Source of the DNA: Bacteroidia bacterium
GTDB lineage: Bacteria; Bacteroidota; Bacteroidia; NS11-12g; UBA955
Assembly (NCBI GenBank): GCA_044360435.1
Contig: JBIKKI010000001.1
Span: 27,633-91,632 of the forward strand
Direction of reading: 5' to 3'
DNA length: 64,000 nt
Under the pieces are notes generated by a model that was given only the letters and a program-made list of their open reading frames with translations, was not told where the DNA came from and ran no database searches. Positions 29,693-37,647 of this stretch are shown here, one piece after another (position 1 is the first letter of the stretch; each line of letters starts with the position of its first letter). Position numbers and translations under genes: made by a program.

Positions 29693-30718
29693 TCAGCGGA
29701 ATGCAGACATAGGCATATTTAACCACTCTAAAGCACTGCGGTGAAGCATATCGGCTTTTAAATCCGCGTCTATGTTCAAACCGTGAATTAATGCGCCGGG
29801 AACATCTTCGCCTAAGGGAAATGGATAATCGGTGCCCAGGCATATCCGTTTGGGCCCCATCAGTTCCATGATGTATTCAAGCATCCGCGGTTCGTGCACC
29901 AGACTGTCCAACCAGAATTTTCCCAGATAGTGCCTTGGATTATGCGGATTGTCAACAGCAACAAGGTCAGGACGGGCGCGCCAACCGTGTTCAATACGAC
30001 CCAAAGTTCCGGGAAATGAGCCTCCGCCGTGTGCAAAGGCCACACGCAGGTTTGGCAGTCGCTCCAAAACACCGCCAAAAATCATGGAACAAATAGCCAG
30101 GCTGGTTTCGGCTGGCATGCCAACCAACCAAGGCAGCCAGTAATTCGGCATTTTCGCTTTAGCCATCCACCACCAGGGATGCACAAACAAAGACATGTCC
30201 AAATCCTGCATTGCCTCGAAAATGGGAAACAGTTCAGGTTGGTTCAGGTTCCAGTTGTTGATGTGGCTACCGATTTGAATCCCGCGCAAACCAAGAGATT
30301 TACAGCGTTCCAGTTCCTGAATAGCCAAGCCTGTATGCTGCATGGGCAAGGTTCCCAGCCCCACGAAACGCCGCGGATTTCTGCTTACAACCTCGCCAAT
30401 ATGGTCGTTGAGGTACTGACTGATTTCCAATGTGTCCTTCGGTTCTGCCCAATAGCTGAACATCACCGGAATGGTGCTGATTACCTGAACATCCACCGGA
30501 TGTGGAAAGGCGTCGCACTCATGCTCACGAACTTCAGGACTCCAGCAATTGTGGTCAATTTCGCGGAAAAACGCATCATCAACCATCATTCTGGCACAAC
30601 AGGGTTTGTGGTGTTGTAACCATACAAATTCACCATATCCGAAACGTTCACGCCAACGAGGTAAGTGTTCGGGAATGATGTGTGTATGGATGTCTATGGT
30701 AAAGATTCGCTGCTCCAT
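29693..30718 (-). CDS. 2-amino-3-carboxymuconate-6-semialdehyde decarboxylase (ACMSD), amidohydrolase-2 family
   Basis: Long collinear identity to animal ACMSD (IDIHTHIIP, FGYGEFVWLQHH, STIPVMFSYWAEPKDTL, PRRFVGLGTLPMQ, YWLPWLVGMPAETSLAICSMIFGGV, AFAHGGGSFP, LGTDYPFPLGE). The ORF-track start at 30874 is upstream; the likely start is MEQRIF at 30718. Confidence 0.9.
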   Translation of the reverse strand: MEQRIFTIDIHTHIIPEHLPRWRERFGYGEFVWLQHHKPCCARMMVDDAFFREIDHNCWSPEVREHECDAFPHPVDVQVISTIPVMFSYWAEPKDTLEISQYLNDHIGEVVSRNPRRFVGLGTLPMQHTGLAIQELERCKSLGLRGIQIGSHINNWNLNQPELFPIFEAMQDLDMSLFVHPWWWMAKAKMPNYWLPWLVGMPAETSLAICSMIFGGVLERLPNLRVAFAHGGGSFPGTLGRIEHGWRARPDLVAVDNPHNPRHYLGKFWLDSLVHEPRMLEYIMELMGPKRICLGTDYPFPLGEDVPGALIHGLNIDADLKADMLHRSALEWLNMPMSAFR

Positions 30719-30720
30719 GC

Positions 30721-31017
30721 TTAATGTTCCTGACTCTTCTGACGTTCTTTTTCGAGCAGTTCTCTGATTTTCTTTTCTTCCCAGTCGCGGCTGAAAAAGA
30801 TTTTTGAGCCAAAAACGCCCCACCAATGGCTGGCCACACCTATGCCCCAGCCCAGCGTGGTCCAATAAAACCAAAACACCTCTGGAGTGCTGAGTAAATT
30901 CACAATTACCAGTACAATGTTAACCAGCAGATAAATGATAAAATGGGTATAAAAACCGCGGATGGCCTGCACGCGGTTACGCATGCGTTCTATTTCCGAT
31001 TTGTTGAATTGTTCCAT
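30721..31017 (-). CDS. 2TM-domain small membrane protein
   Basis: 98 aa. RGFYTHFIIYLLVNIVLVIVNLL...FWFYWTTLGWGIGVASHWWGVFG...DWEEKKIRELLEKE matches the 2TM domain pattern. Confidence 0.7.
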   Translation of the reverse strand: MEQFNKSEIERMRNRVQAIRGFYTHFIIYLLVNIVLVIVNLLSTPEVFWFYWTTLGWGIGVASHWWGVFGSKIFFSRDWEEKKIRELLEKERQKSQEH

Positions 31018-31020
31018 CCC

Positions 31021-31560
31021 TTAATCCTTTTCCACAAAACGAGGGTCGCTTTCCATCACATGGCCACAAGCTTTACAGGTTCGTAGTTCCACGTTGTTGT
31101 AGTAGTGTTTGAAATGCGGAATAAAATCGTTTTCTATGTTGTGCAATTCAAAATAGGTTTCGTGGAGCTTGTGGTTGCACTTTTCACAAAACCAGAGCAA
31201 ACCATCCCTAAAACCTTTGCCTGCCCGAACCCGTTCAATGACAAGTCCAATACTTCCCTCGCTCCGGCCTGGCGAATGGGGAACGCCACCAGGCAGTAGG
31301 AACATTTCTCCAGCATTGATTGGTACATCCACCGCTTTTCCGTCAACCTGGATTTTTACGTTGATGCTTCCTTCCAGCTGATAAAACAACTCTTCCGTTT
31401 CGTTGTAATGATAATCTTTACGGGCATTGGGGCCACCTACAACCATCACGATATAGTCTTTTCCCAAGGGATAAAGGTTTTTATTGGCTACCGGTGGTTT
31501 CAACAAATGCCGGTGTTCTTCGATCCAATGCATCAGGTTCAATGGCGGGGTAATTTCCAT
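31021..31560 (-). CDS. 3-hydroxyanthranilate 3,4-dioxygenase
   Basis: Cupin core (GGPNARKDYHYNETEELFYQLEG...MFLLPGGVPHSP), the metal-binding His/Glu pattern, and a C-terminal rubredoxin-like CxxC...CxxC, as in bacterial/yeast HAAO. Confidence 0.9.
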   Translation of the reverse strand: MEITPPLNLMHWIEEHRHLLKPPVANKNLYPLGKDYIVMVVGGPNARKDYHYNETEELFYQLEGSINVKIQVDGKAVDVPINAGEMFLLPGGVPHSPGRSEGSIGLVIERVRAGKGFRDGLLWFCEKCNHKLHETYFELHNIENDFIPHFKHYYNNVELRTCKACGHVMESDPRFVEKD

Positions 31561-31677
31561 AGTGCGCGCAGTGTGTTTTTGATGGGGTGAATTTACTTCA
31601 AAAAATGATTGCGGTTCAGAATGTGGGTGTTTGAGGATGTAAACAGCCTGTTGAAGTCATACCATCTCAACCCAATA

Positions 31678-32715
31678 TCAAGGTAAAACGGGTTCTGAAA
31701 ACCGTTGTTCCAGTTCCAGTAGCGTTAAGCGCACTTCTTCTTGGGTGTTTGCCATGACGAGGCGATTGCGCATTTCTTTGAAGTCGGCAATTCCTTTGAA
31801 GTAGCTGGCATAATGTCGGCGCATCTCAATGACGCCCACTTTTTCCCCCTTCCAGGCTACGCTCCGCTCAAAGTGGGTACGGCATGCATCCAAGCGCTCC
31901 AGGAATGTTGGCAATGGCAACAGGCTGCCTGTGTTTATGTAATGTTTGATTTCCCGGAAGATCCAGGGATATCCGATGGCGGCCCGGCCAATCATCACAC
32001 CATCAACGCCATAGCGGTTTTTATAAAGAACGGCTTTTTCAGGACTGTCAATATCTCCGTTTCCAAAAATGGGGATCTGCATTCTTGGATTGTTCTTTAC
32101 GGCCGCGATCAGCGTCCAGTCTGCTTCACCTTTATACAACTGCGCGCGTGTTCTTCCATGTATGCTCAAGGCTGCAATTCCTTCGTCCTGAAGTCGCTCT
32201 GCTACTTCGAGTATGTTTTTTGACTGATCATCCCAGCCCAATCTGGTTTTTACCGTCACGGGTTTATTGGTGCGGCGAACCACGGCACGCGTTAGGCGCA
32301 CCATCAAGTCCACATCTTTCAGAACGCCGGCTCCGGCACCTTTACACACAACTTTTTTAACCGGGCATCCGTAGTTAATGTCAACCAGATCCGGGTTTGT
32401 GGCGTCCACAATGGCTGCGGCCATTCCCATAGCATCTTCATCTCCACCGAAAATCTGAATACCAATAGGACGCTCGTAATCAAAAATATCCAACTTCTGG
32501 CGGCTTTTGATGGCATCACGGATCAAGCCTTCGCTGCTGATAAACTCGGTGAACATTAAATCGGCACCATGTTGCTTGCATACGTATCGAAATGGCGGAT
32601 CGCTGACATCTTCCATGGGTGCAAGCAGCAATGGAAATTCTCCAAGTTCTATGTCGCCTATTTTCACCAACTTTGCCCGCAACAAAGGTACAATCAACCT
32701 TTTTCTATGAACCAC
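31678..32715 (-). CDS. dusB: tRNA-dihydrouridine synthase
   Basis: LAPMEDVSDPPFR...GADLMFTEF...GCP are Dus family motifs. It apparently starts at GTG. Confidence 0.88.
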   Translation of the reverse strand: MVHRKRLIVPLLRAKLVKIGDIELGEFPLLLAPMEDVSDPPFRYVCKQHGADLMFTEFISSEGLIRDAIKSRQKLDIFDYERPIGIQIFGGDEDAMGMAAAIVDATNPDLVDINYGCPVKKVVCKGAGAGVLKDVDLMVRLTRAVVRRTNKPVTVKTRLGWDDQSKNILEVAERLQDEGIAALSIHGRTRAQLYKGEADWTLIAAVKNNPRMQIPIFGNGDIDSPEKAVLYKNRYGVDGVMIGRAAIGYPWIFREIKHYINTGSLLPLPTFLERLDACRTHFERSVAWKGEKVGVIEMRRHYASYFKGIADFKEMRNRLVMANTQEEVRLTLLELEQRFSEPVLP

Positions 32716-33633
32716 GGATTAAGCACGAACCTGCTTTTTTTATCCCGGCTCTTTATGCTTGCCGGTGTTTTTATGCTCAGTCAGGCTGTGTTTAGCATGA
32801 TTGGTATTGCCTTGTGCGCAGCACTGTATGACCTGAGTTACGGGGAAGTTGTTACGCTGATCAGCAAACCCAAACTCAGCCCGGAGGGGGTTTACACGCA
32901 GCGTTGGGTACAATCTTTTTACAACATCGGATCTTTTTTGGTCAGCGCGGTGGTTTTTACCGGCTTCTACAGAAAACAAATTGCGAATACCCTTGGACTA
33001 CAGTCCCCGCTGAAAAGCCGTTGGCTCCCGGTTTTGTTCCTGTTGTTTATACCAGCTGTTTTTGTGATTTCCGGGCTTTCTGAACTCAACCATCAACTTC
33101 CCGGCATCGGAAAATTTGCCAACCTGAATCAACTACAGGAAACCAGAAACGCCTTGCTGGATGTGTTGTTGCATAGCTTCCACCCTGTTGATGTCGTTTT
33201 GCTGATATTCACACTGGCGGTCATTCCGGCTTTTTGCGAAGAGGTGTTTTTCAGGGGTTTACTGTTGCCCTTTTTTGGCGATTGGTTGAAGAACAGACAC
33301 GCCGGGGTTTGGATCAGTGCCGTCCTGTTCACGGTACTGCATTTTTCTGTGACCCAGTTTCTGCCCATTCTGTTTATGGGTGTGGTTTTGGGTTACATCT
33401 ATGTGTGGACACGCAGTATTTGGGCGCCTGTTCTGGTTCACTTCCTCAACAATGCCAGCACGGTGCTGTTTCACCGCCTTTCAGAACAGTATCCGGATAT
33501 TTCCCTATTCAAGGATGATTACCAGGCTCCGGTCGCCATCTTTACGATTGCTGCGGCAGCCATGGCCCTGATGCTGTTTTGGTTACATCGCAAAAGCCTT
33601 AAAGAAACACAGAATCACACTTTATGGCCTTGA
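32707..33633 (+). CDS. CPBP-family (CAAX / Abi) intramembrane metalloprotease
   Basis: Polytopic. Motif 1 EEVFFRG, motif 2 FTVLHF and motif 3 HFLNN. The start is uncertain; the ORF track gives 32569. Confidence 0.75.
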   Translation: MNHGLSTNLLFLSRLFMLAGVFMLSQAVFSMIGIALCAALYDLSYGEVVTLISKPKLSPEGVYTQRWVQSFYNIGSFLVSAVVFTGFYRKQIANTLGLQSPLKSRWLPVLFLLFIPAVFVISGLSELNHQLPGIGKFANLNQLQETRNALLDVLLHSFHPVDVVLLIFTLAVIPAFCEEVFFRGLLLPFFGDWLKNRHAGVWISAVLFTVLHFSVTQFLPILFMGVVLGYIYVWTRSIWAPVLVHFLNNASTVLFHRLSEQYPDISLFKDDYQAPVAIFTIAAAAMALMLFWLHRKSLKETQNHTLWP

Positions 33634-34478
33634 ACAACTTCAGTCAGCGGGCACTGTTTGGCGCTGTTTACGTAGGGTTGCTCACAGGAGCAACATTGGC
33701 TGGCGGTTGGTGGTTTGTTTTGTTGTGTCTGCTGCTTGTTGCGCTTAGCCTGTATGAACTTTACGCCTTAAGCCTGCCGTGCCGCGGTATCGGTTTTCGG
33801 TTTGTATTGCTGCTGCTCGCCTTGCCACATTTTGCCGTGCATGGACTTTCTGAATGGGTTTACGTGGAACAGGCTTCTTTCCCGGGCAGCGCGCTGATCC
33901 GGCAATTCTTGTTGTTTTGGGAACATAACCTTGGTCGCTTCAGTTATCTTTTTGTTTTTCTCATCACACTTTTCTCTGCAAAAAGAGATGATTTACTATT
34001 GAATAACGGGGTGTTTGCCTTGAGTTTGTTCTATGTGGTCTGGCCTTTGGGTGAATTGGCGAAATGGCCTGAAATTCTTGTGATGTATGTGTTTTTACTC
34101 ACATGGAGCAGCGACACCTTCGCCTACCTTGGTGGCAAGGCTTTTGGACGACATAAACTATACGAGACCGTTTCTCCTGGTAAAACATGGGAGGGCTTCT
34201 TCTCGGGACTATTGGGAACAATACTGGTTGCCTGGGTTTATGTTCACTACCGTGAAATGGATCAACTGTTTATCTACCTTGTTGCTCCTGCTGTACATGT
34301 AGCAGGAACGCTTGGTGACCTTACAGAAAGCCTGATGAAACGCAATATCGGGGTGAAAGATTCCGGAAACATTATTCCTGGACACGGTGGCATTCTTGAC
34401 CGCCTTGATGCCATGCTCTTCATTATACCCGTTGTGGCCTTTTTGCTCCATCTATTCGAAATTCCCTATCAGCCATGA
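33624..34478 (+). CDS. cdsA: Phosphatidate cytidylyltransferase
   Basis: SSDTFAYLGGKAFGRHKL...SPGKTWEGF is the CTP_transf_1 signature. Confidence 0.88.
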   Translation: MALNNFSQRALFGAVYVGLLTGATLAGGWWFVLLCLLLVALSLYELYALSLPCRGIGFRFVLLLLALPHFAVHGLSEWVYVEQASFPGSALIRQFLLFWEHNLGRFSYLFVFLITLFSAKRDDLLLNNGVFALSLFYVVWPLGELAKWPEILVMYVFLLTWSSDTFAYLGGKAFGRHKLYETVSPGKTWEGFFSGLLGTILVAWVYVHYREMDQLFIYLVAPAVHVAGTLGDLTESLMKRNIGVKDSGNIIPGHGGILDRLDAMLFIIPVVAFLLHLFEIPYQP

Positions 34479-34879
34479 ATAAATTAGAACACATTGGCAT
34501 TGCCGTTAAAGACCTTGAAGCTTCTGAACGGTTGTTCAGCCTGCTTTTGAATACCACACCCTATAAACGGGAAGAGGTGGAAAGCGAAGGTGTGCTTACC
34601 TCGTTCTTTCTGGTTGGCAACGTAAAAATAGAACTCCTTGCTGCCACAAGAGCGGACAGTGCCATTGCAAAGTTCATAGAAAAAAAGGGCGAGGGAATTC
34701 ATCATCTTGCTTTTGATGTAACCCACGCAGAACAAACGATGGACAACTTACGCAATGCGGGGTTTGAATGGATCAACCAAACACCCAAAGACGGTGCGGA
34801 TCAGAAGCGCATCGCGTTTCTGCACCCCAAAAGCACAAATGGCGTGCTTACAGAAATTTGTCAGGATAAAGAGGCTTAA
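34475..34879 (+). CDS. Methylmalonyl-CoA epimerase (VOC / glyoxalase family)
   Basis: LEHIGIAVKDLE...GEGIHHLAFDV... is a typical MCE sequence. 134 aa. Confidence 0.85.
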   Translation: MNKLEHIGIAVKDLEASERLFSLLLNTTPYKREEVESEGVLTSFFLVGNVKIELLAATRADSAIAKFIEKKGEGIHHLAFDVTHAEQTMDNLRNAGFEWINQTPKDGADQKRIAFLHPKSTNGVLTEICQDKEA

Positions 34880-34966
34880 GCCGAAATTGGCCATCTGAGC
34901 AACACTTCAGGAATCGGCTCCGGTTTTCATATTTGGGGCCCCAAAGCAAGGAAGAAAATCCTTGAA

Positions 34967-35677
34967 TCATGAACAAATCCTAAGCGCCTCGGGAATCCAC
35001 AAATTCATGGAGATGCCATGTTCATCTTGCGCAAGCGGTGCCAATGGACTCAGTTTTTGGCCTGAGATACAGGCAAGTGCAAGGGCGTCTAAAAGGTCAT
35101 CCGGCTGAACCTGCTTTCGTGGAAATTGAGACAAGCCTTCTTCAAAATAATCGGCCACATTCTTCATGTATTGCTTTAATATCCCGAGCCGTTCCCGTTG
35201 ACCTTCCTTGGTTTTTTTTGTGTTGTACAGGGGTTGACGTTTGTTGAGGAACATAAATACCAACTCCGGGTGGGATTCGTAAAATCTTCCGCGATGCTGC
35301 GGGTTGTTTTTAAGAAGTTCATCAAGCTCGCGGATACGTGGAACAATGTTCCAGCATTGGATGCTGATGCCTGATCCCTGATACTGTTTATTAAGCGCGC
35401 AGGCTTCCGCATATGTATGGGCTGAAAGCGCTATACGGGAGGGTGGCGTAAACAAAGTGGAGGCTTTCCTACCTAGCAGGGGTCTTACTTCCTGTTCTAC
35501 GCTTCGTGAAACACCTCCTCCGCTCAAACCCAAAGGCATATCAATGATGATGTTACCCTTGGGAACAGACAACAGTAAATCTTGAATATGGGTACAAAGA
35601 ACCCATTGGCCGGCATAGGTTACCGAAATCCAACCGCCCCGGCAACCGTCAACGCCAACCGGTTCATTGTGTTCCAT
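34967..35677 (-). CDS. DUF429 domain protein
   Basis: The N-terminus VGVDGCRGGWISV matches the conserved DUF429 start motif. Confidence 0.55.
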   Translation of the reverse strand: MEHNEPVGVDGCRGGWISVTYAGQWVLCTHIQDLLLSVPKGNIIIDMPLGLSGGGVSRSVEQEVRPLLGRKASTLFTPPSRIALSAHTYAEACALNKQYQGSGISIQCWNIVPRIRELDELLKNNPQHRGRFYESHPELVFMFLNKRQPLYNTKKTKEGQRERLGILKQYMKNVADYFEEGLSQFPRKQVQPDDLLDALALACISGQKLSPLAPLAQDEHGISMNLWIPEALRICS

Positions 35678-35692
35678 GGCGTTGCACGTGTA

Positions 35693-37513
35693 TTACTTTC
35701 TTTTGCCTGTTTTGGGTTTGCGCCCTTTGATTTTCATCACATAACGCAATTCCTTTTCGTTGAGGAAACGCCAACGACCTCTTCCCAGGCTGAGTTTATC
35801 AAACTCACCAAGCAGCACGCGGTCCAAACTTTTCACTTCATAACCGAAATGCTCGAACATGCGTCGTACTATCCTGTTTTTACCGCTGTGGATTTCTACG
35901 CCGAGCACCGTAGGTTCCTCTTTTTCTACAAACCCAACCTGCTCGAAGCTCATCATCCCATCTTCTAATTGAACACCGGCAATCCAATCCATCATGTGTT
36001 CCCTGGAAGGTTTTCTATCCAGTTTCACCCGGTAAATTTTCTTGATGTTGAACGATGGGTGCATGATTTTCTGTGCAAGATCACCGTCGTTGGTTACAAG
36101 AAGAACACCGGTTGTATTGCGGTCCAGGCGGCCCACCGGAAACAGGTTGTCTGCTGCGGGCAATTGGATGAGGTCCATCACCGTTTGGCGGCCTTCCGGA
36201 TCATCTGTGGTGGTTACATAGCCTTTGGGTTTATTCAGCAGGATATAAACCGGTTTCTGGGCAACGATTCGCTGACCATCCAATTTTACAACATCACCGG
36301 GCTGAACCTTAGTGCCAAGTTCCTGAACCACTTCGCCATTAATGCTTACGCGACCCTCCTGGATAAAGGCATCAGCGTCTCTTCTGCTGAAAGAGCCACT
36401 CATGGCGATGAATCTGTTGAGACGCACCTCTTCATGCGCTAAATCGGCACCCTTTTCGAGCATTCCGGAGGTTTCACGGAATTGTTTACCCCTTCCCTTG
36501 TAATTGCTGGGACTGGGTTGATCATCCATTTTTTTGAATGAGCGCTTTTCTGGTTTACTGAAATCCTTGCGCGTATTATCTCCTTTGGGCGATCGGTCGC
36601 GCTTTATACCGGCCTGGTAATTACCCTCTTTTCGCGTAGCATTCCTGAATTCTCTTTGCGGCCCTGATTGATTTTTTTCATTGCCTTGAGAAGATGTTCG
36701 CTCTGTATTCCTATTGAACGCGTTTTGAGGTCTTTCGTGGTAAGATCCTTCTTTTCTATCCCTGGAATAGCTGCGTTGATCTCCGTCGGAACTGCGCTTC
36801 CTGAACGCTCCACTGCGCTCCTCGCCTTGTGCCCCGCGATAGGGTTTTCGTTCAGAATCTTTCCTAAACTTGTTTTGAGGCCGGTCTTGGTAAGATCCTT
36901 CTTTTCTGTCCCTGGAGTAGCTGCGTTGACCTCCGTCGGAACTGCGCTTCCTGAAGGTTCCACTGCGCTCCTCGCCTTCTGCCCCGCGATAGGGCTTTCG
37001 TTCAGAATCTTTCCTAAACTTGCTTTGAGGCCGGTCTTGGTAAGATCCTTCTTTTCTGTCTCTGGAATAGCTGCGTTGATCTCCGTCGGAACTGCGTTTC
37101 CTGTAAGTTCCGCTGCGCTCCTGGCCTTCCTGGTTTCTGTTAAAACCACGGCTATCGGGTTTCAACGATCCGCCTGAGCGTTCTTGAAAAGAGCCTGTTC
37201 CACGTTTCGCGTTGGGTTTGTACCCTGGTGATGTGTCATTGCCAAAACGGGTGGTTTTTTTCCGCTCGTAGTTGCTGCCTGTGTCTCTTGAAAACCTTGA
37301 TGTGGTTGTTCTTTCTGTTCCCCTTCCTGATTCAGGTTTTCTGGAATCATCAAATGATCCGTAAGGCCTGCTGTTTGGACCGAATCCTCCTCTTGTTGTT
37401 GTTCTTTTTGCCGGGCTTGTATTTTTTTGAGCTGTTCTGGTGCGCTGTTCGCCTTTCAGTCTTTTTTGGAATTTTTCACCACCCTTGCCTGTTGAATCTT
37501 TCTTGTTGTTCAA
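35693..37513 (-). CDS. RluB/RsuA-family pseudouridine synthase with a ~330-aa disordered R/S/G/K-rich N-terminal extension
   Basis: C-terminal S4 domain (VRLNRFIAMSGSFSRRDADAFIQEGRVSINGEVV) and catalytic VGRLDRNTTGVLLVTNDGDLAQKIMHPS. The N-terminus is repetitive low-complexity sequence. Confidence 0.85.
   Translation of the reverse strand: MNNKKDSTGKGGEKFQKRLKGEQRTRTAQKNTSPAKRTTTRGGFGPNSRPYGSFDDSRKPESGRGTERTTTSRFSRDTGSNYERKKTTRFGNDTSPGYKPNAKRGTGSFQERSGGSLKPDSRGFNRNQEGQERSGTYRKRSSDGDQRSYSRDRKEGSYQDRPQSKFRKDSERKPYRGAEGEERSGTFRKRSSDGGQRSYSRDRKEGSYQDRPQNKFRKDSERKPYRGAQGEERSGAFRKRSSDGDQRSYSRDRKEGSYHERPQNAFNRNTERTSSQGNEKNQSGPQREFRNATRKEGNYQAGIKRDRSPKGDNTRKDFSKPEKRSFKKMDDQPSPSNYKGRGKQFRETSGMLEKGADLAHEEVRLNRFIAMSGSFSRRDADAFIQEGRVSINGEVVQELGTKVQPGDVVKLDGQRIVAQKPVYILLNKPKGYVTTTDDPEGRQTVMDLIQLPAADNLFPVGRLDRNTTGVLLVTNDGDLAQKIMHPSFNIKKIYRVKLDRKPSREHMMDWIAGVQLEDGMMSFEQVGFVEKEEPTVLGVEIHSGKNRIVRRMFEHFGYEVKSLDRVLLGEFDKLSLGRGRWRFLNEKELRYVMKIKGRKPKTGKRK
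36690..37150. repeat. About 3.3 tandem copies of a 138-bp (46-codon) repeat inside the pseudouridine synthase N-terminal region
   Basis: Near-identical units begin near 36761, 36899 and 37037 (CCCTGGAATAGCTGCGTTGATCTCCGTCGGAACTGCGCTTCCTGAA...TTTTGAGGCCGGTCTTGGTAAGATCCTTCTTTTCT). They encode (RSGTFRKRSSDGGQRSYSRDRKEGSYQDRPQNKFRKDSERKPYRGAQGEE)n. Confidence 0.9.
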
Positions 37514-37586
37514 AATAGAATAATGTTCAAAGATACAAACAATATAAGCCTTAACGTTCGAAGGGTTTCCATTTGCCGAAACGACA

Positions 37587-37610
37587 GTAAACGTTTACAA
37601 ACGTTTGTAA
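37587..37610. promoter_or_regulatory. Two overlapping perfect 12-bp palindromes (GTAAACGTTTAC and ACAAACGTTTGT); candidate operator in a divergent promoter region
   Basis: The sequence GTAAACGTTTACAAACGTTTGTAA lies between the minus-strand pseudouridine synthase gene, whose start is at 37513, and the plus-strand SSB-like ORF at 37648. Confidence 0.45.
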
Positions 37611-37647
37611 GCGTGCTGGTTTTGTTTGTGGTTGTTAAGATTGCTCC

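Noticed and set aside
29388-29843. 151-aa minus-strand ORF overlapping the histidine kinase N-terminus and the ACMSD 3' end
   Set aside because: It is an Arg-rich junk-like translation in an alternative frame. Both overlapped genes have strong family signatures, so this is probably not a real gene or frameshift.
36604-37177. Alternative-frame ORFs (181 aa minus strand, 169 aa plus strand) and a possible CRISPR-like array in the 138-bp repeat region
   Set aside because: The repeats are in frame with the pseudouridine synthase gene and have no unique spacers between them, because the units are directly adjacent. No cas genes are present. The alternative-frame ORFs are artefacts of the repetition.
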